Positions 63,421 through 64,000 of a stretch of 64,000 bases of DNA are shown piece by piece (within the stretch, counting starts at the first letter, position 1; each line of letters starts with the position of its first letter). The notes under the pieces are model-generated. The model searched no databases, was not told the DNA's origin, and worked only from the letters and a program-made list of their open reading frames with translations. Origin of the DNA: Octopus sinensis (taxonomy: Eukaryota); the NCBI RefSeq assembly GCF_006345805.1, contig NC_042998.1, forward strand, positions 82,956,001-83,020,000. Reading direction: 5' to 3'. Position numbers and translations under genes: made by a program.

Positions 63421-64000
63421 GTAAACAAACTGGGAGGAAAATAATAAGTGGTACCTAATTCAAATTTGGTGGCTAGATATACAGGTTTCTCAAATTAATT
63501 CATTGTCATCTTCTCCAATGAATAACACAACAAATAAAATAAAATCACATTGCTCTACGTTTCTAAGTTCAAAACTCAGTGAATTTAAAAGTCCCTTTTA
63601 AGAGTAATTAATGAAATATATCACAAAAACACCCAAATTTATTTCATGATTTGCAAAAATTACCATATTTTCGAAGGGAATAAATTACGTGAGGGTCATT
63701 GTAAAATCTAAAGTTGTCTCCCTTACATACAATAAATCAGGCTTCAGATATAGTCTGTTTATCATATCGCAAGAATGTATTACGCATTCATAAAATCTCC
63801 AGCTTTGATAACCCATTGGAAACTAGTTCTGTGTAGAAATTGGCATCATAATGTATGAATGACTGAAATAATATCTGCTTCGATTTCTTTATAGACTTCA
63901 AAATTTAAGATAGGATTCATAAATGCAACAACAATAAATTTTGTTAAAGGGAAATAACAGCGTAAATACTATTAGTTCCCCCTTAACATGTTTGAGAGTT

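Overview
AT-rich, microsatellite- and repeat-dense eukaryotic DNA. The repeat types (RTE LINEs with (GAT)n tails, tRNA-derived SINEs with internal microsatellites) suggest a cephalopod, probably octopus; this is an inference. Most of the window is transposon-derived: a full-length Helitron (2439-8627; TC...CTAG ends, Rep/Pif1 ORF broken by small indels, STPR-like repeats), a near-intact mariner (55185-56474), a CR1-clade LINE (18819-20492), a BovB-like RTE LINE with three C-terminal C2H2 fingers (25841-28947), many truncated RTE copies, SINEs and palindromic MITEs. Among the repeats is a hand-assembled candidate small gene on the + strand: an RFX X-box at 17572-17585, then phase-compatible coding exons at 17763-17800, 33073-33157, 43700-43802 and 63342-63409 giving a 97-aa ORF, with AATAAA just after the stop. 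A divergent transcript may share the promoter. Two Penelope-like remnants carry variant minimal hammerhead-ribozyme motifs (16965-17000 and 31027-31060, both minus strand). No rRNA, true tRNA or CRISPR array is supported. Most short ORFs in the track are microsatellite or antisense artefacts. Boundaries of degenerate repeats are approximate.
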